Shown: positions 19,138 through 29,917 of the stretch, piece by piece | Position numbering within the stretch: the first letter of the stretch is position 1 | Layout: the number at the start of each line of letters is the position of its first letter | Assembly: GCA_051155755.1 (NCBI GenBank) | Contig: DAXETY010000010.1 | Span: 9,530-73,529, forward strand | DNA length: 64,000 nt | From: Desulfobacterales bacterium | GTDB taxonomy: Bacteria; Desulfobacterota; Desulfobacteria; Desulfobacterales; SG8-13 | Direction: 5' to 3' | Made by a program: the position numbers and the translations under genes | Notes under the pieces: model-generated | Told to the model about the DNA's origin: nothing | Seen by the model: the letters and a program-made list of their open reading frames with translations, nothing else | Databases searched by the model: none

Positions 19138-20099
19138 GAAGATTCGATTCCGGGAAACAGGGCCAGCGCTGTCAGACAGCGATGGCGATGGGCTTCTCCG
19201 CCACCGGGTGCAATAACCCGGCCGGGCAATTCCAGTCCGTAGGCGTCTCGGTTTCGGTCCGCATCGAGCACCTGTCCACAGAGAATGGAAAGTTTTCGTT
19301 CGATGTCCGTTTCCGCAACGGCGTCCCATGCGAGAATTCGAATCTCTCCGCGGGCCCCGGTGAAATCCTTGGTGTAAAGCCCCTGTCCGCGGGAAGAAGC
19401 TTTCCAGGAGATGCGCTGGAGCGGATCCCCGGGGCGATAGGCGTTGAGCCCCTGAAAATCCTCACTTCCGGATCGATTCTCGTCGGCGCCTTCGCTGCCG
19501 GCGCCGCCGCCGTTTGCGGCAAACGCGGTCGGCTCCGATCTTTGCGGGGCCGGGTACACAAGACACTCCAGGTGCTCCGCCAAGCAGCGGCGCCGCCGAA
19601 ACAACCCGAGCGGATGGACGGTCGTCGCCACACAGGGACCGGTGATCATCCGACCTCGCTGCCGGGCCGCCATTTTCAAACGTACCCGCCGGTTCTGATC
19701 GGCGTGGAGATCGACCTTTCGAAATTCTGCCCCGGCACCTTCCAGACCGATCTCCACCGTCTGGCCCCCGGCACGACAGTCTCGCACCACGATTTCAAAA
19801 ACGGCCGGCTCACCGGCAAACACCGGCAGGGCCTTACCGGAAACCAGCATCACTCCGCTGAGGTTTCGCCAGGTGTGCAGCGTGGAAACCAATCCAACGC
19901 CGCCCAGCAGAAACGTAAGCAGAAATCCGAAATTATTGCCGTAATTGATCGAGCCCACCAGCATGGCGGTCAGCATTACCAGATAGGCCCACCCGTAACG
20001 GGTCGGCACCAGCGCTGTCCTGCCATGCCGACAATTGCCGGGCACCGACAGGCGGGAGACATCGCGGAGCGCACTGGGGACAGGATTGGGTTCGATCAT
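19134..20099 (-). CDS. DUF58 family protein
   Basis: PTRYG..., INYGNN, HPLGLF, L.Y.PGD....ISWKA; lies between MoxR and transglutaminase. Confidence 0.9.
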   Translation of the reverse strand: MIEPNPVPSALRDVSRLSVPGNCRHGRTALVPTRYGWAYLVMLTAMLVGSINYGNNFGFLLTFLLGGVGLVSTLHTWRNLSGVMLVSGKALPVFAGEPAVFEIVVRDCRAGGQTVEIGLEGAGAEFRKVDLHADQNRRVRLKMAARQRGRMITGPCVATTVHPLGLFRRRRCLAEHLECLVYPAPQRSEPTAFAANGGGAGSEGADENRSGSEDFQGLNAYRPGDPLQRISWKASSRGQGLYTKDFTGARGEIRILAWDAVAETDIERKLSILCGQVLDADRNRDAYGLELPGRVIAPGGGEAHRHRCLTALALFPGIESS

Positions 20100-20102
20100 C
20101 GA

Positions 20103-21041
<939 letters not shown>

Positions 21042-21179
21042 AGGGGAGTATTATAGCGTGAATCCTGCACCCGGCCAACTGTTTCCGTGGAGATCGATGG
21101 ATCGCTCGGCCCTCGCGGCCCCTGCCGGGTGCGTGGATGCCCGGCGGTTCGTATGACTCCCGAGGGTCTTGATACCGGC

Positions 21180-22019
21180 TCAGCCCAGAAACCGGAAGGC
21201 GAAACTGGTAACCACCGACCAGAGCAGCACCGCCACGGTTGCAAAAAGACACAGGGCGCCCAGTACCCGATGCGGCAGCCGTTCGCGTTTGCTCTCCTCG
21301 TAACCCAGCAGATACCCCAGCAGCGCGCCGAAAACCAGGCCGCCGCCGTGCCCCCAGTTGTTGATACCGGGCACCAGGAAACCGAAAATGAACAAAACCA
21401 CCACCCAGGTTCCCACCTGGCGGTAGATCGCCATACCGTAGCTGCCCCCCCTGCTTTTGCCGAAGTACAGGGCCGCGCCGATCAGGCTGCAAACCGCCGC
21501 CGAAGCACCGATGGTAAATCCGATGCCCACCAGGTACGAAACCAGAAAGCCGGCCGTGCCGCCCAGTGTGTAGATGGCAAACATCCGGTAGGTGCCGTAC
21601 TCGCGGATGACCAACGGGGCGAGCTGCCGGAAGGCGACCATGTTGAAAAAAATGTGCAGAATGCCGGAATGCAGATAGTTGGCCGCCAGCAGGCTCCACC
21701 AGCGGCCGAATCGATCGATGGGCACCTTGCCGGTCATCCCCAGCAGCAGCAGACTGCGGTCGTCGGGAGCCAGAAAGGTAAAAAGATTGGCGGCCATGCT
21801 GGTGGATGCGGGGTTGAGCAATATCGCCAGGACGTACATCACCACATTGACGCCGATGACGCGGTAAACCAGCTGCTGAGGATCGCGCAGGCCCACCGAT
21901 CCGAACAGCCGCTTCAAGGGCGAATTCGGACGCCGCAGCCCGCAATGGGGACAGCGCGGTTCGTCGGCACTGATCAACCGACTGCAATTCGGACACAGCA
22001 TCGAATTACGCGCTGCCAT
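21180..22019 (-). CDS. Rhomboid intramembrane serine protease with N-terminal zinc ribbon
   Basis: CPNC...CPHC, HIFFNM, GASA, N.GHGGG. Confidence 0.92.
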   Translation of the reverse strand: MAARNSMLCPNCSRLISADEPRCPHCGLRRPNSPLKRLFGSVGLRDPQQLVYRVIGVNVVMYVLAILLNPASTSMAANLFTFLAPDDRSLLLLGMTGKVPIDRFGRWWSLLAANYLHSGILHIFFNMVAFRQLAPLVIREYGTYRMFAIYTLGGTAGFLVSYLVGIGFTIGASAAVCSLIGAALYFGKSRGGSYGMAIYRQVGTWVVVLFIFGFLVPGINNWGHGGGLVFGALLGYLLGYEESKRERLPHRVLGALCLFATVAVLLWSVVTSFAFRFLG

Positions 22020-22383
22020 GCCGGGCTCCGATCCTGCGTCCGGTATTGTTGTATCGCAAATGATGCCACCGAAAGACCGGCGTGCGTTGCACGGCGGCGT
22101 GCGGTCTGCTTTGCCGGACCTGTAGTAGAAAGCGCTGCTTTATGATCGAGGATTTCATCGGGTATGGCCGTTCCGACTCGGGGAGATTTTTCGGTTGATG
22201 AATTCGGTATAAATCAACAATTGCTTTCCAACACACCGGTGACAAAATTAGTACCGGTTACCATCCGGTCAAGAAAATTCGAACGAAAAAGCCGGAGACG
22301 CCTTGTCTATACGGGCGCCTCCGGCCTTCAATCGATGCAAAAGGCATCGCGGATGTCAGTTGTGTAAAAAAGGGGACTGCGGA

Positions 22384-22857
22384 TCAGTATTCCGGATGAC
22401 ATTCGATGCAACCGGAAGGACCGGCTTCGGGCAGTTTTTCGTCCAGCACCATGTAGGATTTCGCCCGCTCCAGATTCCTGGCGCGGATTTCCCGGTGGCA
22501 GCCGATGCAGGACTGGTGAAAGGCATACTTGTAGTATTTGATGGCCTCGTCCGAATAAGAAAGGTAATCGGAGGGCTCCTCCGGCGCTGTGGCCTGGTCG
22601 TGGCAGCCGGTGGCCATGCAGCCTTGAATCGGCTCTTCGCCCTGCCACTTGTGGTGACAGACCCTGCATTCGGTCGCGAAATGACGGGAATGGGGAAAAT
22701 CCACCGGTGCTTTGGTCGCCTCGACGCCTTCAGGCGGTTTGAGCGTGATCACCCCCATGGGAACCACCATCTCATCGCTTTCACCGGAAACTTCCAATGA
22801 CAGTGCCGCAGTCAACAAAAGCGCCAAACAGACAATCACCAGTGCTTTTCGCTCCAT
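22384..22857 (-). CDS. Periplasmic tetraheme cytochrome c3 (class III)
   Basis: Signal peptide; FPHSRH, CRVCHH, CMATGCH, AFH..CIGCH, CIECH (4 heme motifs). Confidence 0.92.
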   Translation of the reverse strand: MERKALVIVCLALLLTAALSLEVSGESDEMVVPMGVITLKPPEGVEATKAPVDFPHSRHFATECRVCHHKWQGEEPIQGCMATGCHDQATAPEEPSDYLSYSDEAIKYYKYAFHQSCIGCHREIRARNLERAKSYMVLDEKLPEAGPSGCIECHPEY

Positions 22858-23206
22858 CCTCGCCCCCTTCGGCCAGAAACATTGATAATTCAATCAATTG
22901 CATATCGATCGGTTCCGACGCGCTGCAAGCATTGTTTGCTATATTATTTGAAAAATTGCAACCCCAAAATTTGTACCGGCTCGAACCCATGGCGGAAACG
23001 AACACCCCCGGCGATTCGGCGTCAAAGAAGGGGCGAATCGCACGGTCCGGATTCCATTCGGCCGGATGTCCGCGGTCCGGCATAAACGACGAAAACGGTC
23101 GTTCGCTTTGGGTTTGACAGTACCTGAGATTTTATCTATAAAAAATGTTTACACTCAAATTCCTGTCCGTTATTTCCCCGTTCCACCCATGCATTTCGAG
23201 GCGGTT

Positions 23207-24235
23207 TTGGAGCGCACGCAACTTACCGGAAAAACTGAAACCATCATCAGTATCGTGATTCTGACGCTGCTGGTCGCAATCGGTACATCCGTTTTTTACC
23301 GGCAGTCTTTCTTTAACCCGGCTGTGCTTACGGCCACAGTGCCGGATCGGGCATCCACGGCCGAAAAGGACCAACAAGACGGGTCACCGGCGACAAGCAT
23401 CGTGCCGTTGCCGGGTTCGGTCATCCCGCTCTCTGCGCCGGAACGCTTCGACCCCGAAACCCTCTCGGACAAAATCAACGGTAAGGCCGAGCTCTACCTG
23501 TCGGCCGGTTTTCAGCGCCTGGAAACCCAGCGCTTTCGACTCCGCGATACAGCCGAAGCGTGGATGGAGCTTTTTTTGTATGAAATGGGAAACCCGGAAA
23601 ACGCCTTTGCAGTTTACAGCAGCCAGCAGCGGGACAATGCGCAGCCGCTGGATGTCAGCCGGTTCGCCTATCGGACGGAAAATGCCCTTTACTGGGTTCA
23701 TGGCAGCAACTACGCCGAGCTGATTGCATCCGAACCTTCCGAATCCCTTCAGCAGGCCATGCTGGCCATTGCAAAATCGATGGTTTCCGGCCGGAAAGTC
23801 GAAAAACAGGGCGTGGACCTGCCTTCGATCTTCCCGACCCGGGATCGAATCAAGGACAACATCACGCTGATTCCCAGTGACGCGTTCGGCTTTTCCAGAC
23901 TGGACCGGGTCTACACCGCCGAGTATCAAATCCCCGAGGGCACTTTCACCGCGTTTCTGTCCGACCGCGGCACACCGGAAAAAGCCCTGGACGCCGCCGA
24001 GGCTTATCGAAGCTTTCTGCTGGAGTTCGGCGGCCGGCAGCTCGAGTCGCCCGTAAAAGGCGAAACGGCTTCCGGACTCATGGTGGTGGAAATCCTGGGC
24101 AGCTATGAAGTGATCTTCTCCCGGGGGCGTTTTCTGGCCGGTGTCCACGAAGCCCCCGCAATCATGCCGGCCCTGGAGCTGGCAAAATCCATGAAATCAC
24201 AAATCGATGCATTCATTACCTCCCAATCCCGTTGA
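23207..24235 (+). CDS. Membrane-anchored DUF6599-like protein
   Basis: N-terminal TM; L.D.INGKAELYL..GF, LYEM....NAFAVYS. Start uncertain (TTG 23207 after GAGG; ORF opens at 23066). Confidence 0.7.
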   Translation: MERTQLTGKTETIISIVILTLLVAIGTSVFYRQSFFNPAVLTATVPDRASTAEKDQQDGSPATSIVPLPGSVIPLSAPERFDPETLSDKINGKAELYLSAGFQRLETQRFRLRDTAEAWMELFLYEMGNPENAFAVYSSQQRDNAQPLDVSRFAYRTENALYWVHGSNYAELIASEPSESLQQAMLAIAKSMVSGRKVEKQGVDLPSIFPTRDRIKDNITLIPSDAFGFSRLDRVYTAEYQIPEGTFTAFLSDRGTPEKALDAAEAYRSFLLEFGGRQLESPVKGETASGLMVVEILGSYEVIFSRGRFLAGVHEAPAIMPALELAKSMKSQIDAFITSQSR

Positions 24236-25205
24236 TCCCGACCGCCGGCGATTTCTGCTGCGGCTCACCAAGACCGGGCTTGCCGCCCTTGCAGCCGGCG
24301 CAATCGGTTACCGGTTTTTCGATCCGAACCCGCCCAGCGGAGCGCCGAAGGAGGGCTCCGGTGCCCGGCTGGCCGATTTTTCAATAAACGGAAGCGGACC
24401 GCAAATGGCCATCGTGCGCGGCGGTCAGCGCGAAAAAACCGTCCAGTCGGCTTTGGCTGCGCTGGGCGGCATCGAGCGTTTCGTTCGCCCCGGCGACCGG
24501 GTCCTGCTCAAGGTAAATGCGGCCTTTGCATCGCCGCCTTCGTTGAATGCCACCAGCCATCCGGAGCTGGTGAAAACCGTCGCCGGTTTGTGCCTGAAGG
24601 CCGGCGCCGGCCGGGTGATCGTCACCGACAACCCCATCAACGACCCCCAGAGCTGTTTCGACCTGACCGGGATATCCCGGGCCGCCAAAGAAAGCGGTGC
24701 CGAAGTCATGTTGCCGGCAACGCGGTATTTCCGTCCCGTAACGGTACCCGGCGCCACCCTGCTCGAAAACTGGCCGGTGCTGTTCGAACCGTTCCGGTTT
24801 GTAAACAAGGTCATCGGCCTGGCACCGGTCAAGGATCACCACCGCAGCGGGGCTTCCATGACGCTGAAAAACTGGTACGGTCTGCTGGGCGGCCGACGCA
24901 ATATCTTTCATCAGGACATTCACACCATCATAACCGAACTGGGAATGCTGATGCGGCCGACCCTGGTGATCCTGGACGGAACCCAGACCATGATGCAAAA
25001 TGGACCTACAGGCGGGTCGCTGTCCGATCTGAAGGATACAAACACCATGATCGTCAGCACCGACGCGGTGGCCGCAGATGCGTTCGGTGCCTCGCTGCTG
25101 GAGCGCCGGCTCAGCGATCTGCCCCACATTCAGTCTGCCGCCGAGGCCGGTGCCGGTACGGCCGACTGGCGCTCGCTCAACCCGGCGATGATCGAAATAG
25201 GATGA
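24207..25205 (+). CDS. DUF362 domain protein with twin-arginine signal
   Basis: DRRRFLL, LGGIERFV.PG..VLLKVN, KDH, MTLKNWYG, D.VA.D. Confidence 0.88.
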   Translation: MHSLPPNPVDPDRRRFLLRLTKTGLAALAAGAIGYRFFDPNPPSGAPKEGSGARLADFSINGSGPQMAIVRGGQREKTVQSALAALGGIERFVRPGDRVLLKVNAAFASPPSLNATSHPELVKTVAGLCLKAGAGRVIVTDNPINDPQSCFDLTGISRAAKESGAEVMLPATRYFRPVTVPGATLLENWPVLFEPFRFVNKVIGLAPVKDHHRSGASMTLKNWYGLLGGRRNIFHQDIHTIITELGMLMRPTLVILDGTQTMMQNGPTGGSLSDLKDTNTMIVSTDAVAADAFGASLLERRLSDLPHIQSAAEAGAGTADWRSLNPAMIEIG

Positions 25206-25325
25206 GATGGAAAAAGCGGGAAATCCCCTTGTGCGGGACCCGGCGGAATGAAACCGGCCGGCCGCCGGGCCGCATCCGAGGCCGGGCCGCCGTAAACGAT
25301 TCGATTTGATCACAGCAGGAACGCA

Positions 25326-27272
25326 ATGAACATCCGTACGACCCGTCGTATCAGTCAGGGATTTTTTCTGGTTCTGTTTCTATGGTTCTGTGTCACCACC
25401 ACCCTGGGCGACAACTGGTGGCAGCTGCGGGGCTGGCCGGTAAACTGGTTGATACAGCTCGATCCGCTCACGGCCCTGGCGACCCTGTTGACCACCGGCA
25501 CGATCTATGCCGGTCTCCTGTGGGCCCTGGCCACGGTGCTGTTGACCCTGGTGCTGGGACGCTTCTTTTGCGGCTGGCTCTGCCCGTTCGGAACCATGCA
25601 CCAGATCATCGGTTACCTCGGCCGCCGGGGCATGTCGACATCCGCCCAAGCCCGCCGCAACCAGTATGATCCCAAACAATCCATCAAGTACTGGATCCTG
25701 ATTTTTCTGCTGGCCGTCGCCGCCGCCGAACTGTTGATCGATCTGCTGCGCCTCCCGCTGCGAGGTCCGATTGCGGCGCTTTGGGCCGCTATCGTGCTGC
25801 TGGCCATTTCGGCCGTGTGGATGCTGCGCGGCCGGATGCGCCGGGGAGTGATCTTTTTCGTGTTGGCGGCACTGGGATGGTTTTCGACCGCAATGCTGGC
25901 CGGAGACGGCCAGCTGCCCTCGGCCTCCCTTCAGATCGGTTTGCTCGATCCGCTGGCCCTGGTCCACCGATCGGTCAACCTCGCGTTGCTGCCGCTGGCG
26001 GATCAGTCGGCGGTCGATCTTTCCGTCAACCCCCGTTATTACCGGGGCGCCTGGCTCATCGGCGGCATTTTCGCAGCCGCCCTGCTGCTGAACCTGAAGG
26101 TGCCGCGGTTTTACTGCCGCTACGTGTGTCCCCTGGGCGCCCTGCTGGGCATTCTGGCCCGCAATGCACTGTGGCGATTCGGAAAAACCGAGGCCGAATG
26201 TATCGACTGCCGGGTGTGCGAAAAAAACTGTGAAGGTGCCTGCGCTCCGGCATCGACCATCCGCATTCACGAATGCGTCCTGTGCACCAACTGTCTGAAA
26301 GACTGCCGCCACGACCTGATGCGCTACCGCATGCGGCCCTCGGCAGCCGGCGAGATTGCGGCCCCGAATCTGTCCCGCCGTCAGTTCGTGAGCGCCACGG
26401 CCGCCGGTCTGGCCGCAATACCGCTGCTGCGGCTCGACGGACACCTGGCCGCGGGCTGGAATCCCGAGCTCGTCCGGCCGCCGGGGGCGCTTGCCGAAGC
26501 ACAATTTTTATCGAGATGCATCAAGTGCGGCCAGTGCATGCGGGTGTGTCCGACCAACGTGATTCACCCGGCCGGCCTTCAGGCCGGCATCGAGGGTCTG
26601 TGGACGCCGGTGCTCGACTTTCGGCTGGGAACCAGCGGTTGCCAGTACAAGTGCATTGCCTGCGGCAACATCTGCCCGACAGCGGCCATTCGGCCCATCA
26701 GTCTGGACGAGCGCCTGGGACGCAACCAGTTTTCCGCAACCGGCCCGATCCGGATCGGCACGGCCTTTGTCGACCGGGGCAGATGCCTTCCCTGGGCCAT
26801 GGGCACGCCCTGTATCGTCTGCGAAGAAAATTGTCCCGTCAGTCCCAAGGCCATCGTAACCCGGGTGGAATTTGCGCCGCTGCCGGCAACCCAATCGGTT
26901 TTCCGAATCCAGGAAGCCGCTCCCCGCGAAGTGTGGCTGCAAAACGCCGACCTGCTGCCGGGGCAATTCAGCGGCGGGGATTATTTTTGCCGGGTTGGCG
27001 CAGCGCCCGATGCCGGACCGCGTCGGATTCTGGCCAATACGGACCGAACGCTGGAAATCGCGCCGGAAAATCCCTGGAATCCGCCGCCGGAGCCGGGCAG
27101 CCGCATCGAAATCCTGATCCGCCTGCAGCAGCCCCAGGTCGTGCCCGAACGCTGCATCGGATGCGGGGTGTGCCAGCATGAGTGCCCGGTGCGGGGAAAA
27201 AGAGCCATCCGGGTCACGGCGGAAAATGCCACCCGGGATCCGGAAAAAGCCATGACCATCGCCGGGAGGTAG
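25326..27272 (+). CDS. Membrane polyferredoxin, NapH/MauN-like domain fused to NapG/MauM-like domain
   Basis: GRFFCGWLCPFG, RFYCRYVCPLGA, multiple CxxCxxCxxxCP, internal SRRQF and RPPGA..E..F...CIKCGQC. Confidence 0.9.
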   Translation: MNIRTTRRISQGFFLVLFLWFCVTTTLGDNWWQLRGWPVNWLIQLDPLTALATLLTTGTIYAGLLWALATVLLTLVLGRFFCGWLCPFGTMHQIIGYLGRRGMSTSAQARRNQYDPKQSIKYWILIFLLAVAAAELLIDLLRLPLRGPIAALWAAIVLLAISAVWMLRGRMRRGVIFFVLAALGWFSTAMLAGDGQLPSASLQIGLLDPLALVHRSVNLALLPLADQSAVDLSVNPRYYRGAWLIGGIFAAALLLNLKVPRFYCRYVCPLGALLGILARNALWRFGKTEAECIDCRVCEKNCEGACAPASTIRIHECVLCTNCLKDCRHDLMRYRMRPSAAGEIAAPNLSRRQFVSATAAGLAAIPLLRLDGHLAAGWNPELVRPPGALAEAQFLSRCIKCGQCMRVCPTNVIHPAGLQAGIEGLWTPVLDFRLGTSGCQYKCIACGNICPTAAIRPISLDERLGRNQFSATGPIRIGTAFVDRGRCLPWAMGTPCIVCEENCPVSPKAIVTRVEFAPLPATQSVFRIQEAAPREVWLQNADLLPGQFSGGDYFCRVGAAPDAGPRRILANTDRTLEIAPENPWNPPPEPGSRIEILIRLQQPQVVPERCIGCGVCQHECPVRGKRAIRVTAENATRDPEKAMTIAGR

Positions 27273-27308
27273 CCGCGATCCAACGGACCGGGTTTTTCCA
27301 CATAAACC

Positions 27309-27465
27309 TTGACGATCTCGTAAAAAGTCCAAATTTCATTAAGGTCTGTCATTCCCGCGCAGGCGAAAATATATAAATTATAGTTATTACAGTATCTTAA
27401 ACTCGAGATCCTCGCCTGCGCGGGGATGACACACTGTTGAGACTGACTTTTTACGAGATCGACAA
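27309..27465. mobile_element. MITE-like element (copy 1) with 21-bp terminal inverted repeats and internal GTCATTCCCGCG REP-like arms
   Basis: TTGACGATCTCGTAAAAAGTC ... GACTTTTTACGAGATCGACAA (20/21); inner GTCATTCCCGCGCAGGCG...CGCCTGCGCGGGGATGAC; AT-rich core. Confidence 0.85.
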
Positions 27466-27605
27466 TGTTGAGAAATTACCGAAACACCCAATGAAGTTGA
27501 CCGGTAAAGAGTCCCGCGGTTTCTTCCGGGATCCACCGGAGAACCGGATCGACTTGTTTCCGTCCACCTTAAAATGCGAAAAATCACACCGGAGGGTTGT
27601 ATTGT

Positions 27606-28823
27606 ATGAGTTCGAAACCGATTTCAAGTTGTTCGCGCCGCAATTTTCTCAAGGTCGCCGGCGCAGCCGGCCTGAGCACCCTGATCGCACCGAACGCGAT
27701 CCGATCGTCCGCAGCGGCCGAACCGGACGGGGAGGTCGCAATGCCCCGCCGGCCCTTTGGCCGCACCGGCGTCGAAGTGCCGATTCTCTCCCTGGGGGGC
27801 ATGTTTGACATTCCCAACAATCAGCTGCTTCTGCGCCAGGCGGTACGCTGGGGCGTAACCTACTGGGACACGGCCAATTCCTACGGCGGCGGACGCAGCG
27901 AGCGCGGCATCGGCAAATATTTTTCGCGGTTCCCGCAAGATCGCCAAAAAATCTTTCTGGTTTCGAAAACCGGCGCCTGGACGATCGGCGGCATGACCGA
28001 AGACCTGGAAGAATCCCTGGAGCGGCTGCAGACCGATTACATCGACCTGCTGTTCGTTCACGGAATCAGCAGCATTCGTGAAATGAACGACGATGTGCGC
28101 GCCTGGGGCGAAAAAGCCAAATCCCAGGGCAAGATTCGCTTTTTCGGCTTCAGCACCCACAGCAACATGGCCCAGTGTCTGCTGGACGCATCCAAGCTGG
28201 GCTGGATCGACGGCATCATGATGACCTACAATTACCGGCTGATGCACGACGAGGACATGCAGGCGGCCGTTGCGGCCTGCAACCGGGCCGGCATCGGCCT
28301 GACCGCCATGAAGACCCAAGGCGGCGGTCCGGTGCGCACCAACAGTGAAAGCGAAATGCAGCTGGCGGGAAAATTTCTGCGCAAAGGGTACACCGACGGT
28401 CAGGCCAAGCTCAAGGCGGTCTGGGAAGAACCGCAGATTGCCAGCATCTGCTCCCAAATGCCGAACCTGACATTGCTGATGTCCAACGTGGCCGCCGCTG
28501 TAGATCGCACCAAAATCAGCGCCTTCGAACGAGACCTGCTCCAGCGTCATGCGCGTGAAACCCGGCAGTCTTACTGTGCCGGCTGCCGCAGTCGCTGTGA
28601 GGAAGTCCTGGCCGAGACGGTTCCGATCGGAGACGTCATGCGCTGCCTGATGTACAGTCGCAGCTATGGCGAGCTGGAGCGTGCGAGGTCTGAATTCAAG
28701 GGCCTTCCGGAAACCGCCCGCCGCCGGCTGGCCGGCCTGGATTACACCGCGGCCGAGCGGCAGTGTCCGCAGGGGTTGCCCATCGGAGAGCTGATGCGCG
28801 AGGCGGTCGACGAACTGGCCTGA
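27606..28823 (+). CDS. Tat-signal aldo/keto reductase with C-terminal Fe-S cysteine cluster
   Basis: SRRNFLK; R.FGRTG..V..LSLG; WDTANSY, VSK, SLERLQTDYIDL..VH; CAGCRSRC...C...CPQG. Confidence 0.9.
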   Translation: MSSKPISSCSRRNFLKVAGAAGLSTLIAPNAIRSSAAAEPDGEVAMPRRPFGRTGVEVPILSLGGMFDIPNNQLLLRQAVRWGVTYWDTANSYGGGRSERGIGKYFSRFPQDRQKIFLVSKTGAWTIGGMTEDLEESLERLQTDYIDLLFVHGISSIREMNDDVRAWGEKAKSQGKIRFFGFSTHSNMAQCLLDASKLGWIDGIMMTYNYRLMHDEDMQAAVAACNRAGIGLTAMKTQGGGPVRTNSESEMQLAGKFLRKGYTDGQAKLKAVWEEPQIASICSQMPNLTLLMSNVAAAVDRTKISAFERDLLQRHARETRQSYCAGCRSRCEEVLAETVPIGDVMRCLMYSRSYGELERARSEFKGLPETARRRLAGLDYTAAERQCPQGLPIGELMREAVDELA

Positions 28824-28846
28824 ATTTTAATGCAAGGGAGTGCGAA

Positions 28847-29167
28847 ATGGACGTTCGATTTGTCTACATGACCGCCGGCAGCCTGGATGAAGCCCGCAAG
28901 ATCGCCCGCGAACTGGTGGAGGCCAAGCTGGCGGCCTGTGTCAATCTGATCGACAACATGAACTCGTTCTACCTTTGGGACGGCCGGCTGCAGGATGACC
29001 GCGAAGTCGTTCTGATTGCCAAGACCACCGCCGCCCGCATCGCCGATCTGACCGCCCGGGTCCGGGCGATTCACAGCTATGATTGTCCCTGCGTGGTCAG
29101 CCTGCCGGTGGACGGCGGCAATCGAGCGTTTCTGGATTGGATTGCCGCCGAAGTCACTGCGGTGTAA
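28847..29167 (+). CDS. cutA: Divalent-cation tolerance protein CutA
   Basis: IARELVE.KLAACVN, S.Y.W.G, KT, HSYDCP. Confidence 0.93.
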   Translation: MDVRFVYMTAGSLDEARKIARELVEAKLAACVNLIDNMNSFYLWDGRLQDDREVVLIAKTTAARIADLTARVRAIHSYDCPCVVSLPVDGGNRAFLDWIAAEVTAV

Positions 29168-29368
29168 TCGGCCAAAAAATCCTTCCCTTTTGGCCGACAG
29201 TGTGGTTAGAGACCGGTTCCAGAAATCCTGTCCGGGGCGGGTGCGCTTCGTTCGATTTCGGTTGCCGGGCTTTTGCAACCCGGTCGCCGGGCAGGACTCG
29301 GGTTTACTCCGGGACAAGGATGATTATTATTCAGGATCAACTTCTGGCCCAACAAGGAGGCAGCTATC

Positions 29369-29881
29369 ATGTACAACAAAGTCGTTATGGATCATTTTCG
29401 CAATCCCCGCAATGTGGGCACCATCGAAGATGCCGACGGCGTCGGAGAAGTCGGCAACCCGCTTTGCGGCGACATGATGACCATTTACCTGAAAATCGAT
29501 GACGATCATATCGAAGATATCAAGTTTCAGACCTTCGGCTGTGGGTCGGCCATCGCCGTATCGAGTATGCTGACGGAAATCGCCAAGGGCAAGTCTCTGG
29601 AGGAGGCCAAAAAAATCACCAACAAGGATGTGGCCAAGGCCCTCGAGGGGCTGCCCAAAAACAAGCTGCATTGCTCGAACCTGGGGGCCGACGCGCTCCA
29701 GATGGCAATCAAAAACTACGAAGACCGCAAAGCCGGCAAACCCACCCCCGAACCGATCCGAAAAGACCAGCACGAACACTCCCACGGAGACAAGTGCTAC
29801 TGTCCGTATTGCGACATTGAAATTGCCGACGGGGTCAACTTCTGCGAAGCCTGCCAGACCGATCTCGAGGAAGAACATTAA
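29369..29881 (+). CDS. iscU: IscU/NifU-type Fe-S scaffold with C-terminal His-rich linker and Cys4 zinc ribbon
   Basis: HFRNPRNVG, NPLCGD, FGCGSAIA, KLHCS; tail HEHSH..CYCPYC...CEAC; AGGAGG RBS. Confidence 0.93.
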   Translation: MYNKVVMDHFRNPRNVGTIEDADGVGEVGNPLCGDMMTIYLKIDDDHIEDIKFQTFGCGSAIAVSSMLTEIAKGKSLEEAKKITNKDVAKALEGLPKNKLHCSNLGADALQMAIKNYEDRKAGKPTPEPIRKDQHEHSHGDKCYCPYCDIEIADGVNFCEACQTDLEEEH

Positions 29882-29917
29882 TCCGCATTGCGCCGCAATG
29901 AATCGGGGGGATGGAAA

